64,000 nucleotides of DNA. Origin: an uncultured Fibrobacteraceae bacterium. Lineage in GTDB: Bacteria > Krumholzibacteriota > Krumholzibacteriia > LZORAL124-64-63. This document shows positions 9,439-18,457 of this stretch, piece by piece (within the stretch, counting starts at the first letter, position 1; each line of letters opens with the position of its first letter). The notes below the pieces were generated by a model that was given only the letters and a program-made list of their open reading frames with translations, did no database searches and was not told the origin of the DNA. The DNA is taken from assembly GCA_964384825.1 (NCBI GenBank), contig CAYLMM010000001.1:38552-102551 (forward strand), read 5' to 3'. The position numbers and the translations under genes are program-made.

Positions 9439-10226
9439 GCACGCTGAAAGTCGCCGCCGTCCAGACCGATCCGGCCTTCGGCGAGATCGACCGCAACGTC
9501 GCCGAGGCCCTGGACCTCGTCCCGGCGGGATGCGACCTGGCGGTGCTTCCCGAGCTGTTCAGCACCGGCTACCAGTTCAAAGGACCGGACGAGGCCGCGG
9601 CCCTGGCCGAGCCCCTGCCCGGCGGGCCGGTCTGCCGACTTCTTTCATCCTTCGCGGCGGACACCGGCACCGCGCTGGTCGCCGGCCTGGCCGAACGCGA
9701 CGGCGACCTGCTCTACAACAGCTGCCTGCTGGCCCGCCCCGACGGCTCGACCGCCGTCTACAGGAAGGCGCACCTGTTCTGGGACGAGAAGATCAGCTTC
9801 GCTCCGGGCGACACGCCCTTCGCCGTCCATCGCGCGGCCGGAGCGCCCATCGGGATGATGATCTGCTTCGACTGGATCTTCCCGGAATCCGCCCGCGCCC
9901 TGGCCCTGGCCGGCGCGCAGGTGATCTGCCATCCGTCCAACCTGGTGCTGCCGCACTGCCCCGACGCCATGATCACCCGCTGCCTCGAAAACCGCGTCTT
10001 CGCGATCACCGCGAACCGGATCGGCGAGGAGAACCGCACCGGACAGCCGCTGAAGTTCATCGGGCGCAGCCAGGTGGTCGCGCCGAGCGGCGAAAGGCTG
10101 GCCGCGCTGGACGAAGGGCGCACCGGCGCGGCCGCCGCCGAGATCGACCTCGCGGCGACCGGCAAGCGGATCACGCCGCGCAACGACCTGTGGGCCGACC
10201 GGCGGCCCGAACTGTACCGGAAATAG
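9435..10226 (+). CDS. Carbon-nitrogen hydrolase (nitrilase superfamily)
   Basis: 263 aa starting MSTLKVAAVQTD. It has the catalytic-triad context E (PELF), K (YRKAHLF) and C (MMICFDWIFPE). Its ATG overlaps the glycosyltransferase stop (ATGA). Confidence 0.8.
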   Translation: MSTLKVAAVQTDPAFGEIDRNVAEALDLVPAGCDLAVLPELFSTGYQFKGPDEAAALAEPLPGGPVCRLLSSFAADTGTALVAGLAERDGDLLYNSCLLARPDGSTAVYRKAHLFWDEKISFAPGDTPFAVHRAAGAPIGMMICFDWIFPESARALALAGAQVICHPSNLVLPHCPDAMITRCLENRVFAITANRIGEENRTGQPLKFIGRSQVVAPSGERLAALDEGRTGAAAAEIDLAATGKRITPRNDLWADRRPELYRK

Positions 10227-10232
10227 GAATTC

Positions 10233-10667
10233 TCAGTGGAGAAGGCCGTTGGCGGGTCCCCGCTCGCCCGGCTCGGGCTCGGCGGCCTGGACGTCCGTCT
10301 CGGGCGCGGGATAGGGATCGGCCTCGGGATCGATCAGCATGCACAGATCCCAGATCCGCAGCAGGCCCTCGAAATTGATGTGGTCGACCGAATCCTGCAC
10401 CTCGTCGAGCAGCAGTTCCTCGAGATAGCCGGTGCGCATGTCCATCTCGCGCAGCTTCTCGACCATGGGCATCTCTTCGCGGCGCTGCTCGGTGCCGACG
10501 CGCGACCCGGCGAGGTAGTCGAGGTACTGGTCCCAGTCGCCGCGAAAGAAGCGCAGGCAGATCAGGCTGAGCTGCGCTTCGAGTTCGTTCAGACGGGTCT
10601 CTTCGGTGCTCTTGCTGGTTGCGCCCGTGGCTTCGTCCTCCTTGCGACGCTTGTCGCGTTTGGCCAT
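10233..10667 (-). CDS. Hypothetical small acidic protein, last gene of the glycogen operon
   Basis: 144 aa with an ATG start and strong GC3 bias. It sits 12 nt downstream of the glgC stop. I recognise no motif. Confidence 0.55.
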   Translation of the reverse strand: MAKRDKRRKEDEATGATSKSTEETRLNELEAQLSLICLRFFRGDWDQYLDYLAGSRVGTEQRREEMPMVEKLREMDMRTGYLEELLLDEVQDSVDHINFEGLLRIWDLCMLIDPEADPYPAPETDVQAAEPEPGERGPANGLLH

Positions 10668-10679
10668 GCTCGATCCCCC

Positions 10680-11924
10680 CTACAAGTCCTGCATCCGCCA
10701 TCCCTTGGGCACGACCGTGACTCCCGACGGAGTGATGGTAAAGAACTCGCCGTCGCGCTCCGGGTCAAGGCCGATGACCATTCCCGACGGCACGACCACG
10801 TCCTTGTCCAGGATCGTTCGCCGCAGAACCGCCCCGGATCCGATCAGGCAGTTGTCCATGATCACCGAATCCTCGATCCGCGTGTTCTGTTCCACCCGCA
10901 CGTTACGGCCGAGGATGGAATTGCGCACCAGGCCGCCCGTGACGATCGTCCCGCCGCCGAGGATGCTGTCGCTCACCTCGGCGCCGACGCCGCCCTCGCG
11001 AGTGTCGCCGTGGATGATCTTCGCCGGCGGGACAGGCGCCATCCAGGTCCGCACCGGCCAGCGCCGATCGTAGAGGCTGAACGGCGGCAGCGGCCGCACC
11101 AGATCCAGGGCGGCCCCGTAGTAGCTGTCCAGGGTGCCGATATCCCGCCAGTAGGGAGTCTCGTTCTCGGGTCCGTCGCGGAAAGGCCAGGCGTGGACCT
11201 TGCCCTCGTGGACCATCGCCGGAATGACGTTCTTGCCGAAGTCGTGATCCGAATCGGGGTCGGCCGCGTCCTCGGCCACGTATCGCCGCAGGGCGTCGTG
11301 CTCGAAGACGTAGACGCCCATGTTCACCAGGCATTTTCCGGGATCCCCGGGGATGGTCGCGGGATCGGAGGGCTTCTCCTGGAATCCGATCACCTTCCAG
11401 TTCTCGTCGACCACCATCACGCCGAACTCGCCCGCCATCTCGCGCGGCACGACGTAGGCGGCCACCGTCAGGTCGTCCTGATGCTCGTGGTGGTCCCTGA
11501 GCATTTCCCCGTAATTCATCCGGTAGATGTGATCGCCCGAGAGCACCAGCACATCCCGGGGTTTCTCGCGGTCGAGAAGATAGAAGTTCTGGAAGATGGC
11601 GTCGGCGGTGCCCTGGTACCATCTGGCGCCCACCCGGAACTGCGGCGGGATGCGGTAGAGGAACTCGCCGGCCTCGTAGTTGAAGATGTTCCAGCCCTTC
11701 TGCAGGTGCTTGTCCAGCGAATACGACTTGTACTGGGTCAGCACGTAGATCCGGCGCAGGCCGGAATTCCAGCAGTTCGACAGCGTGAAATCGATGATGC
11801 GGTAGAGCCCGCCGAAAGGCACGCCGGGCTTGGAGCGGTCCCGGGTCAGGGGATTCAGGCGCTCGCCCTGCCCTCCGGCCAGCACCAGGGTCAGGGTCCC
11901 GCGCAGACGTTCCAAGCTATGCAT
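10680..11924 (-). CDS. glgC: Glucose-1-phosphate adenylyltransferase
   Basis: Starts MHSLERLRGTLTLVLAGGQGERLNPLT, matching the GlgC N-terminus with its LAGGxGxRL motif. A C-terminal left-handed beta-helix region is present. Confidence 0.9.
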   Translation of the reverse strand: MHSLERLRGTLTLVLAGGQGERLNPLTRDRSKPGVPFGGLYRIIDFTLSNCWNSGLRRIYVLTQYKSYSLDKHLQKGWNIFNYEAGEFLYRIPPQFRVGARWYQGTADAIFQNFYLLDREKPRDVLVLSGDHIYRMNYGEMLRDHHEHQDDLTVAAYVVPREMAGEFGVMVVDENWKVIGFQEKPSDPATIPGDPGKCLVNMGVYVFEHDALRRYVAEDAADPDSDHDFGKNVIPAMVHEGKVHAWPFRDGPENETPYWRDIGTLDSYYGAALDLVRPLPPFSLYDRRWPVRTWMAPVPPAKIIHGDTREGGVGAEVSDSILGGGTIVTGGLVRNSILGRNVRVEQNTRIEDSVIMDNCLIGSGAVLRRTILDKDVVVPSGMVIGLDPERDGEFFTITPSGVTVVPKGWRMQDL

Positions 11925-13404
11925 CGTCGATTCTCCCTCCGCCTCTTTCCGCACACAGTTGATCGTAGACGTTCTCGTATTCGGCCGCCGGACCGTCCCA
12001 ACCGAGATCCTCGGCCATCCCCCGCAGGACAAGGGCGCGCCACTCCGCGGGATTCTGCCATTTTTCGGCCGCGATGTCCAAGGCCGCGCCCAGGGCCGCC
12101 GGCTCGGCGGCGTCGAAGACGAAACCCGTGCCGTCGGTCTCGGCGACGTCCCGCACCGTGTCGGCCAGCCCTCCGGTGCGCCGGACCACCGGCGGCGTGC
12201 CGTAGCGCAGGGCGTACATCTGGGTCAGGCCGCAGGGCTCGAACCGCGAAGGCATCGCGAAGACGTCGGACCCGGCGATGATGCGGCGGCTCAGGGGCTC
12301 GTCGAACACGTCCCGGAACGCGATGCTGCCCGGATGACGCCGCGCCGCCTCGCGCAGACCGTCGGCCAGTCCCTTGTCGCCCGAACCGAGCGCGGCCAGC
12401 CGCCATCCCGCCGCGATCATTCCGTCGAGCAGCGGCAGCAGCAGATCGTAGCCCTTCTGGCGGGCCAGCCGGCCGACCAGCCCCAGCACCGGCCCGCCGT
12501 CGGACAGCCCCATCTCGGCCAGCAAGGCGGCGCGGCAGGCGGCCTTGCCGTCGAGATCGCCGGCGTCGTAGGGCGCCGCCAGGGCCGGATCGGTCGCCGG
12601 GTTCCAGGCATCGCGGTCCATGCCGTTGCGGATCCCCCCGAAGGCGTCGCCGCGCGAACGCAGGACCCCGGCCAGGCCGCATCCCATCTCCTCGTCGGCC
12701 ACCACCTCGCGGGCGTACTGACTGCTGACGGTGTTCACCCGGTCCGCGAGCAGGATGCCGGCCTTCATCAGGCTCACCTGGCCGTAGAATTCCAGCGGCC
12801 CGGGAAAATGCTCCAGGTCGGAGGGCACCCCGAGGATCTTCGCCCCGCCGGCCGGATGCAGCGACTGGTGCGCCAGATTGTGGATGGTCAGCAGGCTGCC
12901 CGCGGCCTTTCGTCCCGGCGCCTGGTCCAGCGCCTGGAAGATCGCCGCCGGAGTCGCGGAGGCGTCGTGGACGTGCAGCACGTCGGGCGTCCAGTCCAGC
13001 GGATCGGGCGCCGACAGGGCGCCCCTGCCCAGCGCGGTCAGCCTGGCGAGCGTGTCGGGAAACTCCTCCTGCTCGCCGTAGCCGTAAACGCCCGCGCGGT
13101 CGAATAGGGCCGGACATTCCAGCAGCAGCACGTCGGGGCCGGTCCGGTCGCCGCCGCGCAAGCCTTCGGCCCGCCACAGGCGGAGCTCGTGGACGTCTCC
13201 CCCGGCGCGCACGGTCGTCGCGGGTGCCCCGGCGACCGGCCGCATCCCGTACTTCACGCGATCGACGCCGCCGTAGAGCGGCAAAACCGCACGCACGTCG
13301 TGGCCCCGGGCGGCCAGCGCCCCGGAAAGCGAGGCCACCGCGTCGGCCAGACCGCCGACCTTGGCCAGCGGCGCGTATTCGGCGCTCACCATCAAAATCT
13401 TCAC
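11917..13404 (-). CDS. glgA: Glycogen synthase (ADP-glucose type)
   Basis: VKILMVSAEYAPLAKVGGLADAV matches the GlgA N-terminus. The likely start is GTG at 13404; the alternative ATG is at 13392. The stop overlaps the glgC start. Confidence 0.88.
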   Translation of the reverse strand: MKILMVSAEYAPLAKVGGLADAVASLSGALAARGHDVRAVLPLYGGVDRVKYGMRPVAGAPATTVRAGGDVHELRLWRAEGLRGGDRTGPDVLLLECPALFDRAGVYGYGEQEEFPDTLARLTALGRGALSAPDPLDWTPDVLHVHDASATPAAIFQALDQAPGRKAAGSLLTIHNLAHQSLHPAGGAKILGVPSDLEHFPGPLEFYGQVSLMKAGILLADRVNTVSSQYAREVVADEEMGCGLAGVLRSRGDAFGGIRNGMDRDAWNPATDPALAAPYDAGDLDGKAACRAALLAEMGLSDGGPVLGLVGRLARQKGYDLLLPLLDGMIAAGWRLAALGSGDKGLADGLREAARRHPGSIAFRDVFDEPLSRRIIAGSDVFAMPSRFEPCGLTQMYALRYGTPPVVRRTGGLADTVRDVAETDGTGFVFDAAEPAALGAALDIAAEKWQNPAEWRALVLRGMAEDLGWDGPAAEYENVYDQLCAERGGGRIDDA

Positions 13405-15536
13405 GCCGTCGCCTCCGGTCGCCCTCCGGCCCCGATCCGGAATTCGGCGGAAAGAACGCGGCCGGCTCCCGGAGCCAGCTCCAGATCCCAGCCGAAGACC
13501 AGGGCGTGCCCCTGGTAGGTCCGATGGAACCCGTCCTCGCCCTGGGACGCGGTGCGGACCGGATGGATCCATATCGCGGCAGGATCCGAAAAACGCCAGT
13601 CCAGCCGCGCGTCCCGGGGCGGCACGTCCACCGACAGTTCCGCGTGTTCGCCCGCATCGACGGGTTCGCCCAAATCGATCCGATCGAGCCCCGCGACGGC
13701 CAACCGCGTCGCGCCGTCGATCAGGGCCAGATTCCATTCCGAAGCCAGACGGCAGCGCAGGGGCAGGTCGCCGTCGTTGCGGATCTCCCAGGTCACGGTG
13801 AAACCGGCGGCGGCGGGATCCAGGGCGATCTCCTTGGCCAGGAACACCGGCTGCGTCCGGTCGGCGGAAACGAAGGAGCCGGCGCGTTCGCAGCGGCAGC
13901 GGGCGAAGCCCCCGGACACGTCCGGCGGCGCGGAAAGACGCATCGGAGCGGCTGCGAAATCCCCGGCGTCGGCCGCCGCGACATCGCCGGCGCCGGGCGG
14001 GAACGCGGCCCCGAAGGGCAGCAGGCGGTCGAGCAGGGAATACCGCGGAGCGGGATCCTCGCCGAGAGCCTCGCGGACCTCCGGGCTCACCGCGCGCTGG
14101 AGATCATGGATGGAAGCCCCTCCGCCCTCTTCGGCGCCGTCAGGAACAGAAGCCTCGATCGCCGCATGATAGGCCTCGCGCCGCCGCCGCAAGGTGTTCT
14201 GCAGGTTCCATCCCTTGTCGATCAGATCGCAGGCGATCACCGCCGCGCCGCTTTGCGGACAGATCGCCAGCGCGAGGCGGTCGCCGGCCAGACGCACGTC
14301 GCCGCCGGGCGGACCGATCAGGGTCACCGCCTCGGCCCGGGGGCCGGTTTTCGGCAGGGCCGCCCAGCCGCGGATCAGATGATGATGAACGGCGTCCCGC
14401 AGATGCGGCAGGTAGAGCCCCCCGAAGACGCCGTGCCAGTAGGCGCAGTTGCACTGGGCCCGCCACAGATGGTCGCGGGCTCCGGCGACCGCGGCGGCGG
14501 GCGCGCCTCCGGATTCCGCGGCCGCGATATCGCGATGCAGCAGCAGGGCGCGGCGCTGCATCAGCAGCGACTCCTCGTATTTCTGGCCGAACTGGCGCCA
14601 GAAGCCGCCGCGCAGGAAGGGACGCATCTCGGCCCAGCGGCCCTGGTCGCGGTAGGCGTGGACCGCGCGGGCGAAGGTTTCGGCCGCCGGCATCGGCAAC
14701 GACCACTCCGCCATCTCGAAATAGCTGTTGGGAGGCAGATAAACCCGGCGCCGCGGCGGCCGGGCGGCCAGGATCTCCGAGGGGTGGGCCAGCTCCAGCC
14801 AATCCGATTCGGCGGCCAGGGCTGCCACGAAACGCTCCAGCCAGCCGCGCCCGTAGACGAGGTCGGCGGTCCCGGGCCAGGCCCCGAACTTCTCGCCGTC
14901 GTCGACCATCACCAGCACGCCGCCCGGATCGCGGTCGTGGACGGCCCGGCACAAGGCGATCGTCTCGGCCGGGTCACGGAAGGGGATCGCGTAGCGCAGA
15001 TCCTCGCTGATCGGCAGAAGCGCGGCCTCTTCGCCCAGATCATCGGTCAGAAACGCGCCCGATGTCAGATCCCCGGGCTGCACGCCGGCCTGCAGGAAAT
15101 GGAAATCGTCCAGCAGGGCGAATTCCACGCCAGCCCGGCGCAAGGTCCCGGCCAGATGCGGCTCCCAGACGCGCTCGGCCAGCCACACGCCGCGCGGTTC
15201 GGCCCCCAGCCTTTCCGCCAACCGGCGGCGCATCAGATCGATCTGCCCGAGGCGATCCCGTTCGGGTATCGCCGCCAGGATCGGTTCGTAGAAGCCCCCG
15301 CCCAGCAGTTCGACCCGGCCGTCCGCGACCAGGGCGGCCACCCGGTCGAGGAATTCCGGGCGCGAAGCCTCCATCCATTCCAGCAGCGGCCCGGTCAGAT
15401 GCAGGCAGAACCGGAACCCCGGATGCCGCTCGACGGCATCCAGGAAGGGACGGTAGGCCTGCTCGTAGATCTCGGCGACGACATGGTCGAAGTTCCCGAC
15501 CGGCTGGTGGTCGTGGACCCCGAAAACGAACTTCAT
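13401..15536 (-). CDS. GH57 family protein, 4-alpha-glucanotransferase-like
   Basis: Starts MKFVFGVHDHQPVGNF, matching the N-terminus of GH57 4-alpha-glucanotransferases. About 711 aa with a C-terminal extension. The ATG overlaps the stop of the upstream GH57 gene, and its own stop overlaps the glgA GTG. Confidence 0.75.
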   Translation of the reverse strand: MKFVFGVHDHQPVGNFDHVVAEIYEQAYRPFLDAVERHPGFRFCLHLTGPLLEWMEASRPEFLDRVAALVADGRVELLGGGFYEPILAAIPERDRLGQIDLMRRRLAERLGAEPRGVWLAERVWEPHLAGTLRRAGVEFALLDDFHFLQAGVQPGDLTSGAFLTDDLGEEAALLPISEDLRYAIPFRDPAETIALCRAVHDRDPGGVLVMVDDGEKFGAWPGTADLVYGRGWLERFVAALAAESDWLELAHPSEILAARPPRRRVYLPPNSYFEMAEWSLPMPAAETFARAVHAYRDQGRWAEMRPFLRGGFWRQFGQKYEESLLMQRRALLLHRDIAAAESGGAPAAAVAGARDHLWRAQCNCAYWHGVFGGLYLPHLRDAVHHHLIRGWAALPKTGPRAEAVTLIGPPGGDVRLAGDRLALAICPQSGAAVIACDLIDKGWNLQNTLRRRREAYHAAIEASVPDGAEEGGGASIHDLQRAVSPEVREALGEDPAPRYSLLDRLLPFGAAFPPGAGDVAAADAGDFAAAPMRLSAPPDVSGGFARCRCERAGSFVSADRTQPVFLAKEIALDPAAAGFTVTWEIRNDGDLPLRCRLASEWNLALIDGATRLAVAGLDRIDLGEPVDAGEHAELSVDVPPRDARLDWRFSDPAAIWIHPVRTASQGEDGFHRTYQGHALVFGWDLELAPGAGRVLSAEFRIGAGGRPEATA

Positions 15537-17239
15537 TCGGCTTCCTCTCCAAACCCGGAGACCGGGATGTCGGTGATGGCGTCGGGCTCGTGTCCCAGCA
15601 GCGACGCCGTGTTGGCCAGATGTCGCCGGAAGAGTTCGTCGAATTCCAGTCCGAATTCGGTCGGGTTGTCGTCGCCGTACCACCAGAACCAGTCGCTGCT
15701 CTCGGCGTTGGCCAACGCGGCCATCGCCTCGGCCAGCGCTCCGGTGCAGCCCGGCCCGACCAGATCGGGATCCGGGGCGGGAATCGGGATCGTCTCGCCG
15801 GCAATCCGGATTTCACGGACCGCGCCGGCCTGTTCCAGACGCTCCTGGAAGGCTGCGCGCACCTGCCCCAGCACATCCCAGGCCCGGTTCTTTTCGGGAT
15901 GGCCCGACCAGGTCGTGAAATCGGCCCGGATCCAGGATCCGGCCCGCAGCGCGGTCAGGGGCCGCACCTCGCCGCCCCCGTCCAAATACTCCGAGAAGGT
16001 TGTCCAGCGCAGGTTCTCGCTCCGGTTCACCCGTTCGTAGAGTTCACGCAGAAACGGCGCCCCGTTTTCGGGATACGATTCCCATGGGTTCTCTCCGTCC
16101 AGGATCAGGGCGCAGACGTGTCTTCCCGCGGGCACTTCCCGGCGGATGTTCTCGAGGTTCCGCACCAGATCGTCGACCGCGTCGGCGGCGTCCCAGGCCT
16201 GATAACGGAAACCGATGCCGTCGGACATCCCGGTATCCCGGAAGAACAGGGCCGGAGCCTCGTCCCCGCCCCAGCGCCAGGCCTGGAAATGCCGGCCCGG
16301 CGGGTTCCCCTGGCCGATCCTCGCCAGCGAACCCTCCAGAACCCCCTGGTCGGTCGCGGCCCAGCGCACGCCTTCGGTCTGCAGGATCCGCAGCGCCTCC
16401 TCGCTGACCGCCCCCTCGGCCGGCCACATCCCGGACGGACGAACTCCCAGCACCCGCTCGGTCTCGTCCAGGGCCGTGCGCACGTGATACCAGGCGTCGC
16501 CCGGGTGGCGGAACCGGCGCCGGGGCAGCGGCAGGTCGGGAGCCGCCTCCCGGGCCGAAACCGTGTCGCAGAGCAGCGGCAGGATGGGATGGTTCAAGGG
16601 CGTGCAGGAGATCTCCACCACGCCGTCGGCCGCGGCCTTGCGGTAGGCCGGCAGCACCTTCTTCAGGAAACGCGCCTGCTTGGCCAGCAGCGTCTCCTTC
16701 TGCTTCTGGGTGTAGCGCCCGCCCTTGGCGACCAGCTTGGCGATCGTCGCGTCCTCGCGCAGCGTGCGCCCGCTCCAGACCAGATGGAAGAGCGTCTGCA
16801 GATCCAGCAGATCCTGGTCGGTGAACGCAGCGGCCGCCCCCTCGGGCACATCGCGCCCCTCGCCGCCGCGCTTCTCCCAGAGCTCGGCCAGCCGTGGGAA
16901 TTCCGCGAAACGGGTCTTGTGGCGGAACGCGAAGAAGTCGCGGACCAGATTCTCGCGCCCGGCGGCGTCGAGCTCGGACGGATGCGGCCACGCCAGGTCG
17001 AGGTAGTCGTCCCCGAGCTCTCCGGCGGCCAGCATCTCGAGCTGCCGCAGCAACGAGGGCACCAGGTTGACGACGGCCTTCGCCCCGGGAGTCTCGCGGA
17101 CCAGGCGCACCATGTCATAGTAGTTCAGCAGCGCGTGCAGCCGCGTCCAGGGCATCCGGGCACGGCCGGTGGCGCCGTCCACGTAATCCGGCTGATGCAT
17201 GTGCCAGAGTACGACCACATCGAGGATTCGAGCGGGCAT
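15533..17239 (-). CDS. GH57 family glycoside hydrolase (alpha-amylase-like)
   Basis: Starts MPARILDVVVLWHMHQPDY. This is the GH57 HQP catalytic N-terminal motif. 568 aa. Confidence 0.75.
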   Translation of the reverse strand: MPARILDVVVLWHMHQPDYVDGATGRARMPWTRLHALLNYYDMVRLVRETPGAKAVVNLVPSLLRQLEMLAAGELGDDYLDLAWPHPSELDAAGRENLVRDFFAFRHKTRFAEFPRLAELWEKRGGEGRDVPEGAAAAFTDQDLLDLQTLFHLVWSGRTLREDATIAKLVAKGGRYTQKQKETLLAKQARFLKKVLPAYRKAAADGVVEISCTPLNHPILPLLCDTVSAREAAPDLPLPRRRFRHPGDAWYHVRTALDETERVLGVRPSGMWPAEGAVSEEALRILQTEGVRWAATDQGVLEGSLARIGQGNPPGRHFQAWRWGGDEAPALFFRDTGMSDGIGFRYQAWDAADAVDDLVRNLENIRREVPAGRHVCALILDGENPWESYPENGAPFLRELYERVNRSENLRWTTFSEYLDGGGEVRPLTALRAGSWIRADFTTWSGHPEKNRAWDVLGQVRAAFQERLEQAGAVREIRIAGETIPIPAPDPDLVGPGCTGALAEAMAALANAESSDWFWWYGDDNPTEFGLEFDELFRRHLANTASLLGHEPDAITDIPVSGFGEEAE

Positions 17240-17260
17240 GTCTGCGGTCCTTTCTCCTGC

Positions 17261-17277
17261 TCCGGAAATTATCCGGA
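17261..17277. promoter_or_regulatory. Inverted repeat TCCGGA-N5-TCCGGA in the glg operon 5' region
   Basis: Perfect 6-bp arms, 22 to 38 nt upstream of the GH57 start codon. A second 8-bp inverted repeat, CCTGCCTG...CAGGCAGG, lies at about 17288-17323. Confidence 0.3.
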
Positions 17278-17481
17278 ACCTTCGCCCCCTGCCTGCGTAG
17301 GATACACCAGCCCGACAGGCAGGCAAACGAGAGCTTCCATCGAACGAAGCGGGCACCACCTACAGAGAGCGCAGGAAGAGGAGCGGCGACAGCCGCTCTT
17401 CTTTCTTTGAGCGTGAAAAACGGCGCTGTTCCAGGATTCGGGTTCGGATATCTTCAGGCCGGGGTCCGAAACCCCGGCGCC

Positions 17482-18366
17482 TCAGCCCAGCGGCAGTTCC
17501 CGCACCGCCAACCCGCCGCCGGAACGCAGCCGGTCGGCGTATTCCCCCATCGTGACGAACTCCCCCTCGGCCAGGACGGCCTCGAGCTTGGCCCGCGTCG
17601 TGCCCTGCCCGCCCTGGCTGCGCAGTCGGGCGAGCCGGCCCAGCGGGGCATCCGGACGCCTGTCGTCCAGTTCCCAGGGATGGAGATAGGTGATCACGGC
17701 CTGGCCCTGGCGGCGGGCCAGCGCCCGCAGCATCCGGTACGCCCGGCGCGGCAGCAGGCGCAGATAGGCCCCGCCGGCGAAGGGCAGATTCACGCCCAGC
17801 ACCCGCGCGGTCGTCATCGGCAGCACCAGCAGGGGGTCGCCGCCGCCGGATCCGTCCAGCAGGAAGGGCCGGCGCGGTGCGGAGGGCTGGCCGTAGCGGG
17901 GATGGTGGACCGGAAAGAGCGAGGTGTCGTAGACGAATCCCTTCTCCCTCAGGATCCGCCAGTAGTGATGGACCGGCGGCGTGATCGTGAAGCTCGGCGC
18001 ACGGTAGCCCCGCACCTCGGCGACGCCGGCGCGGGCCAGCGCGTCGAGAGCGGCGTCGAGATCGGCCCGGAAGGCGTCCTCGTCGAGATGGTGGACGATC
18101 GGATGGGAATGGCTGTGGCAGGCGATCTCGTGCCCGGCGGCCGCGATGCGCCGCACCAGGCCGGGATGCCGGGCGGCCACCCATCCCAGGACGAAGAAGG
18201 TGGCCCGCACTGCGTGGCGGTCGAGCATCTCGAGGCAGAGATCGGTGGAGGCCTCGACGCGCGACTCCAGGCCGTCCCAGGTCTCGGGCGCAACGGTCTG
18301 CAGGTAGTTGTGGCCGTGGAACCACTCCTCGACGTCGATCGTCAGGATGTCCGGCGGTCGAACCAT
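17482..18366 (-). CDS. Polysaccharide deacetylase (PEP-CTERM/XrtA-associated type)
   Basis: MVRPPDILTIDVEEWFHGHNY matches the N-terminal DVE.WFH motif of this deacetylase subfamily. About 294 aa. Confidence 0.72.
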   Translation of the reverse strand: MVRPPDILTIDVEEWFHGHNYLQTVAPETWDGLESRVEASTDLCLEMLDRHAVRATFFVLGWVAARHPGLVRRIAAAGHEIACHSHSHPIVHHLDEDAFRADLDAALDALARAGVAEVRGYRAPSFTITPPVHHYWRILREKGFVYDTSLFPVHHPRYGQPSAPRRPFLLDGSGGGDPLLVLPMTTARVLGVNLPFAGGAYLRLLPRRAYRMLRALARRQGQAVITYLHPWELDDRRPDAPLGRLARLRSQGGQGTTRAKLEAVLAEGEFVTMGEYADRLRSGGGLAVRELPLG

Positions 18367-18457
18367 CTCCCCCCCCTCCGCGGCGCGCAAGCCGGCGGCG
18401 GGCCCATTGTACACCCGGTCGCAACCGGGTGCCAGCGGGCTGTTTTCCGGCGATCCG

